64,000 nt of DNA, taken from an uncultured Chlorobiota bacterium. GTDB lineage: Bacteria; Bacteroidota; Bacteroidia; Bacteroidales; JAADGE01. The first letter of the stretch is position 1. Each line of letters begins with the position of its first letter. The DNA is taken from assembly GCA_947311445.1 (NCBI GenBank), contig CAMZKV010000004.1, positions 5,364 to 69,363 on the forward strand. Direction: 5' to 3'. The position numbers and the translations under genes were made by a program. Positions 1 through 9,491 of the stretch are shown in pieces. The notes beneath the pieces are model-generated. The model saw nothing but the letters and a program-made list of their open reading frames with translations. It was not told the origin of the DNA and searched no databases.

Positions 1-314
1 TTATTACTGTTAATTTTATATACAGCATAACTAAATCCCCCATAAATTATTGGTATTTTCCAATATTGCTCATTGTACGCTTGCCCTGCTCCGGGTAATA
101 GAGAAAATAAAACAGCTTTCTTCGGGTTTTTTCTTTTAGAATTGTTTTTTATTTTTGAAACAATAACAGTTTCTGTCGATAAAAATACAGAATCAGACAA
201 AACTGCAATTGTATCAGCAGTCATAATAACATTAGAACTATCAACTTGAGCTTTTGTTTGATGATAAGAAACAGCAAATATTATAAAAAAAAACAACAAT
301 TTAATATTATTCAT
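1..314 (-). CDS. DUF5683 domain-containing protein (N-terminal 104 codons; continues beyond window start)
   Basis: Open-ended minus-strand frame absent from the ORF track. ATG at 314-312, 1 nt after the parB stop. Translation MNNIKLLFFFIIFAVSYHQTKAQ (signal peptide) ... LLPGAGQAYNEQYWKIPIIYGGF, the conserved core of DUF5683 proteins that typically follow parB in Bacteroidota. Confidence 0.7.
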   Translation of the reverse strand, partial: MNNIKLLFFFIIFAVSYHQTKAQVDSSNVIMTADTIAVLSDSVFLSTETVIVSKIKNNSKRKNPKKAVLFSLLPGAGQAYNEQYWKIPIIYGGFSYAVYKINSN

Positions 315-315
315 T

Positions 316-1209
316 TTACATTTTTAAAAGAATTTCTTTAATTTTCTTAAAATCTTCATCAGAAGTAAAGGGTATTGTTAAGCTCCCTTTTCCTGCATTA
401 TTTCTTTTAATTGTAACATTACTTTTCAGGATATCAGACAGTTTGTTCTTAAAATCAATATGTTTTTCTGTTAAGTTTGTTTTACTATTTGATTTTGTTT
501 TATAAGTAGATTTTTTTGCAGGAAAGTTTATCTCTCTAATTATTTTTTCTGCTTCTCTAACAGATAATTTATTTGAAACTATTCTTTCAAAAATATTATT
601 TTGTTCTTTTTCGTTTTCAACTGTAACTAAGGCTCTTGCATGGCCCATAGAAATTAATTTTTGTTGCAATCCAGACTGAATAACAGACGGAAGTTTTAAT
701 AGTCTTAAATAATTAGAGATTGTTGTTCTTTTCTTGCCCACTCTGTCTCCCAAAGTGTCTTGTGTTAAATTACATTCATCAATTAGCCTTTGATATGAAA
801 CTGCAACTTCAATGGCATTTAAGTCTTCTCTTTGAATATTCTCAATTAATGCCATTTCAAGCATCTCTTGGTCATTTGCTTTTCTTATAAATGCAACAAT
901 CTTCTTAAATCCTGCTTCTTTTGATGCTCTTAACCTTCTTTCTCCTGAAATTAATTGAAATTTATTCTGAGATAGCTTACGAACAGTAATTGGTTGAATT
1001 ATACCATGTTTTTTAATTGATATTGCTAATTCTTTTAAAGATTCTTTATCAAATTCAACGCGTGGTTGAAAAGGATTAATTTCAATTTTGTCGATATCAA
1101 TTTCTGCAACTGCACCAGTTGAAACTGCTTCATTAACACTTTTTTTTTCAAATTTTGAATTGTCAATTAGTGCTCCTAAGCCTTTTCCTAGAGGACTTTT
1201 CTTTGCCAT
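316..1209 (-). CDS. parB: Chromosome partitioning protein ParB/Spo0J
   Basis: 297 aa; ParB box GERRLRASKEAG; HTH region TQDTLGDRVGKKRTTISNYLRLLKLP; directly downstream of parA. Confidence 0.95.
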   Translation of the reverse strand: MAKKSPLGKGLGALIDNSKFEKKSVNEAVSTGAVAEIDIDKIEINPFQPRVEFDKESLKELAISIKKHGIIQPITVRKLSQNKFQLISGERRLRASKEAGFKKIVAFIRKANDQEMLEMALIENIQREDLNAIEVAVSYQRLIDECNLTQDTLGDRVGKKRTTISNYLRLLKLPSVIQSGLQQKLISMGHARALVTVENEKEQNNIFERIVSNKLSVREAEKIIREINFPAKKSTYKTKSNSKTNLTEKHIDFKNKLSDILKSNVTIKRNNAGKGSLTIPFTSDEDFKKIKEILLKM

Positions 1210-1302
1210 ATTTTTTATTTAAGAAAAACTAAAAAAATACATTGTTTTTTAGTTCAGATTTTTAATTTTTGTTTTTAAAACTAATACTTTTACAGAAAAT
1301 GA

Positions 1303-2070
1303 TTAATCATTATTCCTCTCAAGTAATTCTCTTGCAAGATTCAAATAGTTTATTGCTCCTTTTGAATTTGCGTCATATTGTACTGCGGGCATACCATAGC
1401 TTGGAGCCTCGCTAAGTTTAATGTTTCTTTGTATTATTGTATCAAATACCATTGTTTCAAAGTGGCTTCTAACTTCTGTTGCAACATGGTTTGCTAAACG
1501 AAGTCTTGCATCATACATTGTTAATAAAAATCCTTCAATAGACAGTTCAGTATTTATATTTTTCTGAATCATCTGAATGGTATTTAATAACTTTCCAAGA
1601 CCCTCTAATGCAAAATATTCACATTGAACAGGAATAATTACGGAGTCTGATGCTACAAGAGCATTTAGAGTTAGAAGACCTAATGAAGGAGAACAATCTA
1701 CTAAAATATAATCATAATCTTCTTTAATTTCATTCATAATTTTTTTAAGAATATACTCTCTATCTTCAATTTCTAACATTTCTATCTCAGCACCTACCAA
1801 ATCAATATGTGATGGTAATAAATACAGATTTTCAATTTCTGTTTTTAATATTGCATCTTTTGGATTTGCACCACCTATAAAGCATTCGTATATACTTATT
1901 TCTAACTTTTTAAGGTCAAAACCAATTCCTGATGTTGCATTTGCTTGCGGGTCAACATCTACAATTAAAACCTTTTTCTCTAAAACTGCAAGGCTTGCCG
2001 CCAAGTTTATTGTAGTTGTAGTTTTTCCTACTCCACCTTTTTGATTTGCTAATGCTATAATTTTTGACAT
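1303..2070 (-). CDS. parA: Chromosome partitioning ATPase ParA/Soj
   Basis: 255 aa; deviant Walker A KGGVGKTTT; Walker B-like YILVDCSPSLG. Confidence 0.95.
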   Translation of the reverse strand: MSKIIALANQKGGVGKTTTTINLAASLAVLEKKVLIVDVDPQANATSGIGFDLKKLEISIYECFIGGANPKDAILKTEIENLYLLPSHIDLVGAEIEMLEIEDREYILKKIMNEIKEDYDYILVDCSPSLGLLTLNALVASDSVIIPVQCEYFALEGLGKLLNTIQMIQKNINTELSIEGFLLTMYDARLRLANHVATEVRSHFETMVFDTIIQRNIKLSEAPSYGMPAVQYDANSKGAINYLNLARELLERNND

Positions 2071-2106
2071 ATACTATGTTTTGAAATCCAAATATTAATA
2101 ATTATG

Positions 2107-2114
2107 CAAAAATA
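2107..2114 (-). promoter_or_regulatory. Bacteroidota sigma-A -7 box (TAnnTTTG) for parA-parB
   Basis: TATTTTTG on the minus strand, 36 nt before the parA ATG. Confidence 0.45.
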
Positions 2115-2252
2115 TAATTTTTATTAAACTTAAGTTGAATTTGATTATTTCTTTTATTAACGATTAATAAACAAGAAAATGATTTTTTTGTTAATAAAAT
2201 TATAAAATTAACAACTAAAGAGAGCAGTACAAAAAGTGATTTTTGTGTTTTC

Positions 2253-2334
2253 AGACCCTGCGGGTTTGTGATAATCAACTAAATATAAGGTGTTTAAGAT
2301 TTTATGTCTTTGCAAACTTAAACCCTCAGGGTCT
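2253..2334. repeat. GC-rich imperfect inverted repeat in parA upstream region
   Basis: AGACCCTGCGGGTTTG (2253-2268) against CAAACTTAAACCCTCAGGGTCT (2313-2334). Each arm also contains its own ACCC-N3-GGGT mini-palindrome. Confidence 0.6.
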
Positions 2335-2413
2335 TTCTATACTGAACTCACTAAAATTTCATAAAACTATTAGATTCGTTTATTGAAGGGTAGATTAAGT
2401 TTTTTAATTTTCC

Positions 2414-3082
2414 TTATTCATCAGGAATATCTTCTTGCGAGTCTTCCGAAAAAGTTCTGGCACTTTGGATGTATGAATTTTGCCAATTTCTATCTCTTAC
2501 AGCTTTCAGAAAGAGAAAAACTTTATCTTCAATAATAAAATCACTTAATTCATCAATCCCAAAGGCTCTTAAAATTTGCATTTGGCTATCTGATGGCAAC
2601 CATGTTATTTGAGGGTCTGGATGCTTTGCCCATCCTTTTTCATTCTTTTTTGAAAGAGAAAAATATGGATATTCCGAATATCTTACTCTCCATAAATTAT
2701 TAAATATTGCTTCAGTTTTTTTAATAGTGTACATTACAACTTCACTGTCTTCAATTTTTTTTGCTTTTTCCGGAACTTTAAAAACATTGTATTTAGCCAA
2801 AAGATTTTCTCCGGTAGGATTTGCTTTTGAAGTTTCATAACCTGCCGCTTGTCTTATCCAACTGTTTAAAGACAGATTTATGATGTCATAGGGAGCTGAA
2901 ACTCCTTTTTTTAAAATAGCACATTGATACAATCCTCCATTAAGACTTGGCATTAGCCTAATTGCAAAAAAGTATTCTTTATTCAATTCACTTTTGTCAC
3001 CAAATTTTTTATTAATTTGTGAGAAAGAAAAGTTAAAACTAAATACAAATAATATAAGAAGAATTTTATTCTTCATTTTCAT
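2414..3082 (-). CDS. Hypothetical secreted protein
   Basis: 222 aa ORF with signal peptide MKMKNKILLILFVFSFNFSFSQ; no motif I recognise. Confidence 0.5.
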   Translation of the reverse strand: MKMKNKILLILFVFSFNFSFSQINKKFGDKSELNKEYFFAIRLMPSLNGGLYQCAILKKGVSAPYDIINLSLNSWIRQAAGYETSKANPTGENLLAKYNVFKVPEKAKKIEDSEVVMYTIKKTEAIFNNLWRVRYSEYPYFSLSKKNEKGWAKHPDPQITWLPSDSQMQILRAFGIDELSDFIIEDKVFLFLKAVRDRNWQNSYIQSARTFSEDSQEDIPDE

Positions 3083-3215
3083 TTTTTTAATTATAATATT
3101 TGCAAAATACGTGCAAAAGTTTTTAAAATTCGAAAATTCAAAATTATAATTTGCTTTTTTTCTTACATATTTACTATTTTTTATACTTTTACATTCTTAA
3201 TTATCAAATATAGAA

Positions 3216-4634
3216 ATGAAAATAAATATAATAAAAAAAGAAAAAATAAAACCAAAAGATACCCTTGTTTTTATTGACAAAAATATTGATTATAAGTTTC
3301 ATTTAATCAACGAAAAACAACAGAAATTTATTATTAATGAATTTAAAGCTGATAAAAATATAGTTGAAATTAATAATTATGACAATTTTTTTTGGTTTTT
3401 TAATTTTAAAAATGAAACTATTGAAAAAATTAGAACTTTCGGGAGTAAACTAAGTTCACTTATAAATAAAAAAAAGCTAAAATCAATTACAATAATTGAT
3501 ACAGGAAAAAGCAGAGAAGAACTTATTGCATTTATTGAAGGAATTATTTTAAGCAACTATCAATTTCTAAAATATTTTAGAGACCAAAAAGATAAAGTTT
3601 CGCAACTTAATGAAATTAATGTTATTTCTAAAAACGTAAGTTCTAAACAAATTTCTGACATACAGGCAGTTACAGAAGGCGTATATAATGCTCGTGATTT
3701 AGGGAATGAACCTTTTTCCGGATTAAATTCTGTTCAGCTTTCAGAACAAATTGAAAAATTAGGTAAAAAAGCAGGCTTTAAGGTTGAAGTATTATATAAA
3801 AAAGAAATTGAGAAACATAAAATGGGCGGATTGCTTGCTGTTAATAAAGGCAGTAAAATTTCACCAACTTTTTCAATACTAAAATGGGAACCTAAAAATG
3901 CAATAAACAACAAACCATATGTTCTTGTTGGCAAAGGTTTAGTTTATGATTCGGGAGGTTATAGTTTAAAACCTACAAAAAATTCAATGGATTTAATGAA
4001 ATTGGATATGGCAGGTGCAGCCTCTGTTATTGGAGTGATGTATGCAATTGCAAAAAATAAACTTCCTGTAAAACTTATTGCTTTAATTCCTTCAACTGAT
4101 AATCTTGTTAATGAAAATGCTTATGTTCCCGGAGATGTTATCAAAATGCACAATGGACTATTTGTTGAAGTTTTGAATACAGATGCAGAAGGAAGATTGA
4201 TACTTGCAGATGCACTAAGCTATGCGCAAAGCCTTAATCCTGAGCTTGTTATAGACTTGGCAACTCTTACCGGTTCTGCTGTTGCAGCAATCGGAACACA
4301 AGCCGCTGTAGTTATGGGAACTGCAAAAGACAAAGATTTTAATAAACTAATTTCGAGTGGAAACAATGTTTATGAAAGAGTGGTAAGATTTCCGTTTTGG
4401 GACGAGTATAAAGATATGCTAAAGTCAAGCATTGCCGACATAAAAAATATAGGAGGAAAAGAAGCTGGTGCAATTACAGCCGGTAAATTTTTAGAATATT
4501 TTACAGATTATCCTTGGATTCATATTGATATTGCAGGACCTTCAATTTTGAGCAAAAAAAACTCGTACAGAACTGAAGGTGGAAGTGGATATGGAGTAAG
4601 ATTATTATATGACTTTTTTAAGAATATTAAATAA
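3216..4634 (+). CDS. pepA: Leucyl aminopeptidase (M17 family)
   Basis: 472 aa; M17 signature NTDAEGRLILADAL; metal-site block VGKGLVYDSGGYSLKP. Confidence 0.9.
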   Translation: MKINIIKKEKIKPKDTLVFIDKNIDYKFHLINEKQQKFIINEFKADKNIVEINNYDNFFWFFNFKNETIEKIRTFGSKLSSLINKKKLKSITIIDTGKSREELIAFIEGIILSNYQFLKYFRDQKDKVSQLNEINVISKNVSSKQISDIQAVTEGVYNARDLGNEPFSGLNSVQLSEQIEKLGKKAGFKVEVLYKKEIEKHKMGGLLAVNKGSKISPTFSILKWEPKNAINNKPYVLVGKGLVYDSGGYSLKPTKNSMDLMKLDMAGAASVIGVMYAIAKNKLPVKLIALIPSTDNLVNENAYVPGDVIKMHNGLFVEVLNTDAEGRLILADALSYAQSLNPELVIDLATLTGSAVAAIGTQAAVVMGTAKDKDFNKLISSGNNVYERVVRFPFWDEYKDMLKSSIADIKNIGGKEAGAITAGKFLEYFTDYPWIHIDIAGPSILSKKNSYRTEGGSGYGVRLLYDFFKNIK

Positions 4635-4690
4635 AAATTAAGAAATATCTTTTTTCATGCTGATGTTTTTTTTAAAAATTTTAAAATACA

Positions 4691-5725
4691 ATGGAAGTAA
4701 ACGAAAATAAAATAAAAGTAGGTATTACACACGGCGATATAAATGGAATAGGTTACGAAATCATTATAAAGACATTGCTAGACAAAAGAATTAATGATTT
4801 ATGCACTCCTATTGTTTATGGCTCTCCTAAACTTGCCGCATATCACAGAAAAGCTATAAATGTTGAAAATTTTAGTCTTAACATTATAAAAACTCCGGAA
4901 GAAGCAAATCCTAAAAGACCTAATGTTATAAATTGTGTTAATGAAGACACTCGTATTGAATTAGGAAAATCTACACCGGAATCCGGTGAAGCTGCATATT
5001 TTTCTTTGGAGAAGGCCACAAAGGATTTAATTGATGGAAAAATTGATGTAATTCTTACTGCTCCAATTAATAAAAAGAGTATTAATTCAGATAAATTTAC
5101 TTTTCCCGGACACACAGAATATTTTCAGTCTAAAACTAAAACAGATGAAGTTTTAATGTTAATGCTTGGAGAACAAATGAGAATAGGTGTTGTAACAGGG
5201 CACGTTCCTTTGAAAGATGTTCCTTCATTAGTAACCGAAGAAAATATTTTAACTAAATTACGAATTCTTAATAAGTCTTTACTTGAAGATTTTGGAATAA
5301 GAAAAGGAAAAATTGCTGTTTTTGGTTTAAATCCCCATGCAGGAGACAAGGGAATAATAGGAAAAGAAGAAATTGACATTATTATTCCGGCAATTAACAA
5401 AGCCAGAGATGAAGGTATTATGGCTGTTGGACCCTATGCTGCTGATGGTTTCTTTGGTGCTGCAACATATAAAAAATATGATGCTGTTTTAGCAATGTAT
5501 CACGATCAAGGACTTAGCTCTTTTAAAGTTGTTGAGTTTGATGCAGGAATAAACTTCACAGCAGGTTTACCCATTATAAGAACATCACCTGTTCATGGCA
5601 CTGCATTTGAAATTGCAGGACAAGGAATTGCATCTCCGGATTCATTTAGAGCGGCATTATATACTGCAATTGATATTTTTAGGAACAGAGAAAGGTACAA
5701 AGAAATGAAAAAAAATAAATTATAG
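4691..5725 (+). CDS. pdxA: 4-hydroxythreonine-4-phosphate dehydrogenase PdxA
   Basis: 344 aa; motifs FTFPGHTEY, AMYHDQGL, IRTSPVHGTAFEIAG. Confidence 0.9.
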   Translation: MEVNENKIKVGITHGDINGIGYEIIIKTLLDKRINDLCTPIVYGSPKLAAYHRKAINVENFSLNIIKTPEEANPKRPNVINCVNEDTRIELGKSTPESGEAAYFSLEKATKDLIDGKIDVILTAPINKKSINSDKFTFPGHTEYFQSKTKTDEVLMLMLGEQMRIGVVTGHVPLKDVPSLVTEENILTKLRILNKSLLEDFGIRKGKIAVFGLNPHAGDKGIIGKEEIDIIIPAINKARDEGIMAVGPYAADGFFGAATYKKYDAVLAMYHDQGLSSFKVVEFDAGINFTAGLPIIRTSPVHGTAFEIAGQGIASPDSFRAALYTAIDIFRNRERYKEMKKNKL

Positions 5726-5888
5726 TTACTCCTTCAACTTGTAAGTTGAGATGCAGCGATGTTAATAAACAGAGAGTTTGTATTAGCTATCTTTCAGTTA
5801 TTTAGTAACATTGCACACCAACTACCTGCCTGTTTTTCAATTAATAAGGATTTAATCGGAGGTTTTAAGGGTTTTAAATTAAGCTGAA

Positions 5889-6992
5889 ATGCCAATAATT
5901 ATAACATATACACTTTGGATTTCATTTGCTATCCAAATTTTCTTTTTTGTTTACTTTTATATTCGTGTACTTTTTAAAAATAAAAAAAATCAATCCTTAT
6001 CTTTAAACAAACCGGTTTCAGTTATTGTTAGTGCAAAAAACGAAGAAACTAATTTAAAAGATTTTCTTCCAAAAGTTCTGAACCAAAATTATCCTCTTTT
6101 TGAACTTGTTGTTGTAAACGATATGTCTAATGATGGAACTGATGATGTTTTAAATTCATTTTATCAGAAAAATAAAAATATTACTATAGTAAAAATTGAT
6201 AAAAAATTAAAAGAGAAAGGAAAAAAAAATGCCCTTACTGCCGGAATAAATGCTTCAAAATATGAATACTTATTATTTACAGATGCTGATTGTTATCCTG
6301 TTTCAAAAAATTGGATTAAATCTGTTATGTCTTCCTACAAAGAAAAAACTGAAATTATACTTGCTTATGGTGCATATGAAAAATCATTAGGTTTATTAAA
6401 CAAATTAATTAGGTACGATACTTTAACCATTGCCTTAAAATATATGTCTTTTGCATACGCAGGTTTGCCATACATGGGAGTTGGAAGAAATTTATCTTAT
6501 AAAAAATCTGTTTTTTTAAAAAATAAAGGTTTTCAATCGCATAAGCATATAAAATCCGGTGATGACGATTTATTTGTTAATGAAGTTGCAACAAAAACGA
6601 ACACAGAAATTGTTATAGATTACGAAAGTGTTACCGTTTCTGTTCCCAAAAAAACGTGGAAAGAATTTATTAAGCAAAAACAAAGACATCTTACAACAGG
6701 TTTTTTCTACAAAAATGTTCATAAATTATTATTTGGATTTGAAAGTGCATCGTTTTTCTTTTTTTATTTTTCAATACTTTACTTTCTTTTTTTGAAAAGT
6801 TCAATGTTTTTGATTGTTTTATTATATCTTATAAGGCTTGGTTTTCAGGTGATTACAAACATTCTTTTTTCTAACAAATTAAAAGAAAAGAAAAATTTAA
6901 TTTTTATTCCTATATTTGATGTTTTAATACCGATTGTAAATCTATATGCCATAATTAGTTATAAATTCACTAAAGAAACAGAATGGAAATAA
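5889..6992 (+). CDS. Membrane-anchored family 2 glycosyltransferase
   Basis: 367 aa; N-terminal TM helix; GT-A motifs VSVIVSAKNEE and TDADC (DxD); C-terminal TM helices. Confidence 0.75.
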   Translation: MPIIITYTLWISFAIQIFFFVYFYIRVLFKNKKNQSLSLNKPVSVIVSAKNEETNLKDFLPKVLNQNYPLFELVVVNDMSNDGTDDVLNSFYQKNKNITIVKIDKKLKEKGKKNALTAGINASKYEYLLFTDADCYPVSKNWIKSVMSSYKEKTEIILAYGAYEKSLGLLNKLIRYDTLTIALKYMSFAYAGLPYMGVGRNLSYKKSVFLKNKGFQSHKHIKSGDDDLFVNEVATKTNTEIVIDYESVTVSVPKKTWKEFIKQKQRHLTTGFFYKNVHKLLFGFESASFFFFYFSILYFLFLKSSMFLIVLLYLIRLGFQVITNILFSNKLKEKKNLIFIPIFDVLIPIVNLYAIISYKFTKETEWK

Positions 6993-7597
6993 GTCCAAAA
7001 TTTTCGGATAAGGCAAAAAGAGACTATCTTTTGATTGAAAAAGCAAAAGACGGAAATCAGTCTGCTTTTTCCAAATTGTTGGGTTATTATAGGGAATCTT
7101 TATATATAATGTTGCTTAGATTGGTAGGGTCAAAAGAAGATGCAGAAGACTTAACCATTGAAACTTTTGAAAAAGCATTTAGGAAAATTGATAATTACAA
7201 ACCTGTTTACGCATTTAGTACATGGCTTTTTAGAATAGGTACAAATCATGGAATTGATTTTATGCGTTCTAATAAAAAACGAATTAATGAAGTTTATATT
7301 GAGAAAGAATATGAAGCTGACACACAAAAAAAATATATAATTAAAGAAAAAGGGCTTAATCCGGAAGAAGAAATTGTAAGTCTGCAACAAAAAGAAATTA
7401 TTAAAATCATTGTACATAAACTTCCAATTAATTACAGAAAAATAATTGTTTTAAGGTATTTTGATGAGTTTTCTTATTCTGAAATTTCAGAAGAACTTGA
7501 ACTTCCTGTTGGAACTGTTAAAGCAAGGTTGCATAGATCAAGAGAATTGCTGCTGAGTACTTTGAAAAAACATAATATTCATGATATTAAGTTCTGA
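6983..7597 (+). CDS. RNA polymerase sigma-70 family (ECF-type) sigma factor
   Basis: 204 aa; region 2 (EDAEDLTIETFEKAF ... WLFRIGTNHGIDFMR) and region 4 (IIVLRYFDEFSYSEISEELELPVGTVKARLHRSRELL). Start overlaps the glycosyltransferase gene by 10 nt. Confidence 0.8.
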   Translation: MEISPKFSDKAKRDYLLIEKAKDGNQSAFSKLLGYYRESLYIMLLRLVGSKEDAEDLTIETFEKAFRKIDNYKPVYAFSTWLFRIGTNHGIDFMRSNKKRINEVYIEKEYEADTQKKYIIKEKGLNPEEEIVSLQQKEIIKIIVHKLPINYRKIIVLRYFDEFSYSEISEELELPVGTVKARLHRSRELLLSTLKKHNIHDIKF

Positions 7598-8207
7598 AAT
7601 AAAAATACTTAAAGAGTTATTCCCCGAAATATCTTCTTTGCAAGAAAACCAGTATAAACAGTTAACAGGTTTATATAAAAATTGGAACAAGAAGATTAAT
7701 GTAATTTCAAGAAAAGATATTGACAATCTTTTTGTAAGGCATATCCTTCATTCTCTTTCAATTGCAAAAATAAAACAATTTAAATCCGGAGATAGGATTT
7801 TAGATGTAGGTACAGGAGGTGGTTTCCCCGGCATTCCTTTGGCAATTATGTTCCCTGAAGCAAAATTTACTTTAATTGATTCTATTGCAAAAAAAGTAAA
7901 AGTAACTCTTGAGATTGCTGATGAACTAAAACTAAAAAATGTTTTTACAAAACAAATAAAAAGCACACAATTAGAAGGAAACTATGATTATATAACGGGA
8001 AGAGCAGTAACATCATTTCCTAAATTTTACAATTCTGTAAAACACCTTTTAAAAAAAAATATAGGGGAAAAGGCAATTATATATCTTAAAGGGGGAGATT
8101 TTGAAGATGAAATTAAAAGTTTTAAATCAATTAAGGTTTTTGAGATTTCTAATTATTTTAATTTTGATTTTTTTGAAACAAAGAAGATTGTTTTTTTAAA
8201 AATTTAG
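7581..8207 (+). CDS. rsmG: 16S rRNA (guanine527-N7)-methyltransferase RsmG
   Basis: 208 aa; SAM-binding ILDVGTGGGFPGIPLAI; GidB-type N-terminus; overlaps the sigma gene by 17 nt. Confidence 0.85.
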   Translation: MILSSEIKILKELFPEISSLQENQYKQLTGLYKNWNKKINVISRKDIDNLFVRHILHSLSIAKIKQFKSGDRILDVGTGGGFPGIPLAIMFPEAKFTLIDSIAKKVKVTLEIADELKLKNVFTKQIKSTQLEGNYDYITGRAVTSFPKFYNSVKHLLKKNIGEKAIIYLKGGDFEDEIKSFKSIKVFEISNYFNFDFFETKKIVFLKI

Positions 8208-9098
8208 TATCCTAAAATCATTTTCATAAAGTTGCCTTATAATTCCATCAGCTAAGCCTGTTTTTGGTATAAGTATTTTTTTATTTTTAGTAGCTTCTAA
8301 AATCTGTAAATAAATTTTCAGAGCAGGAATAATTACATCAGCTCTATCAACTTTAAATGTATATTCCTTCATTCTTTCTTCTACTGTTAAATTTTGAAGA
8401 TCATTATATAGTACTTCTAAATCTGAGTAGGACACATTTTTAGATTTGTATAACTTACTGACTTGGTTTATATTACCACCGGTTCCTAAAATAAAAATAT
8501 CCTCGTGCATTTTTTTTATTTCAATTAGTTTTGTAATAAATTTTTCAATTTCTTTTTTCTTAACCTTATTATTTAGCATTCTAACAGTACCAATTTTGTA
8601 AGAATATGTCCAAAGAAGTTTATTGTTTTTAAAAATTGTTAGTTGTAAACTCCCCCCCCCCAAATCCGCAGAAAGGTAAGTTTTACTGTTTGGAAGCATA
8701 TACTTATTAGTTTCAAAAATTAGTTCGGCTTCTTCCTTGCCATTTATAATGTCAATATTAATTCCTGTTTTTCTTTTAATTTTTTCAACAATTTTTAATC
8801 CATTTTCTGCTCCTCTCAAAGCCGAAGTAGCACAAGCTCTATATTTTTCAACTTTATAAAAATCTAACAAATTACTATATATTTTCATTGCCTTTATAAA
8901 CTCTTTTTCCTTTTCTTTTTTAACTTTATTATAAAGGAAAACATCTCCTCCTAACCTTAAAGGTAATCTTACATACACACGCTTATTTAATACAGCATCA
9001 TTATAATTGTCGCCAGGTAAAACATCTTTTATAATCAGTCTAACTGCATTTGACCCAATATCAATTCCTCCGTATCTTCTAAGTTTTGTTTTTATCAC
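8196..9098 (-). CDS. Ppx/GppA family phosphatase
   Basis: 300 aa; ASKHA phosphate-1 GGIDIGSNAVRL and phosphate-2 DLGGGSLQL. Confidence 0.8.
   Translation of the reverse strand: MIKTKLRRYGGIDIGSNAVRLIIKDVLPGDNYNDAVLNKRVYVRLPLRLGGDVFLYNKVKKEKEKEFIKAMKIYSNLLDFYKVEKYRACATSALRGAENGLKIVEKIKRKTGINIDIINGKEEAELIFETNKYMLPNSKTYLSADLGGGSLQLTIFKNNKLLWTYSYKIGTVRMLNNKVKKKEIEKFITKLIEIKKMHEDIFILGTGGNINQVSKLYKSKNVSYSDLEVLYNDLQNLTVEERMKEYTFKVDRADVIIPALKIYLQILEATKNKKILIPKTGLADGIIRQLYENDFRILNF
8652..8661 (-). repeat. G10 (C10 on plus strand) homopolymer inside the Ppx/GppA gene
   Basis: Ten consecutive C on the plus strand, encoding GGG GGG GGG of the DLGGGS phosphate-2 motif. Confidence 0.9.
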
Positions 9099-9231
9099 AA
9101 TCTTGTTTTTTTGCAGATTTACAAACTTAAAATTTTATGTGAAAATATTTAAATTTTTTAATCTATTTTTAAGAAATTAAAACAAAGATGAAAATAATTA
9201 TAAAATACTCTTTCAAAAAAGAAATTATATT

Positions 9232-9239
9232 TAGTTTTG
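9232..9239 (+). promoter_or_regulatory. -7 box for tRNA-Arg
   Basis: TAGTTTTG, 11 nt before the first tRNA base. Confidence 0.55.
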
Positions 9240-9250
9240 CAATCTGTTAT

Positions 9251-9324
9251 GGACCCGTAGCATAACTGGATAATGCACTTGACTACGAATCAAGCGATTA
9301 CAGGTTCGAATCCTGTCGGGTTCA
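9251..9324 (+). tRNA. tRNA-Arg (anticodon ACG)
   Basis: 74-nt cloverleaf folded by hand. Acceptor GGACCCG/CGGGTTC plus discriminator A. D stem GCAT/ATGC. Anticodon stem CTTGA/TCAAG with loop CTACGAA (ACG at 9285-9287). Variable loop CGATT. T arm ACAGG-TTCGAAT-CCTGT. CCA is not encoded. Confidence 0.93.
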
Positions 9325-9339
9325 CTTAAAAAATGAAAG

Positions 9340-9377
9340 CACCTTAAAAAGTCCCAATGATTTTAAGGTGTTTTTTT
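9340..9377 (+). terminator. Rho-independent terminator after tRNA-Arg
   Basis: CACCTTAAAA (9340-9349) pairs with TTTTAAGGTG (9361-9370), followed by T7. Confidence 0.75.
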
Positions 9378-9491
9378 ATTCTACTACAAATTTAATTGAC
9401 TTTCAGGAAATAGAATATATTTAATTTTATGTTCGTCATTTATTATTCAATATTTAATACTAATATTTTTATATTTTACATTAAAATAATG

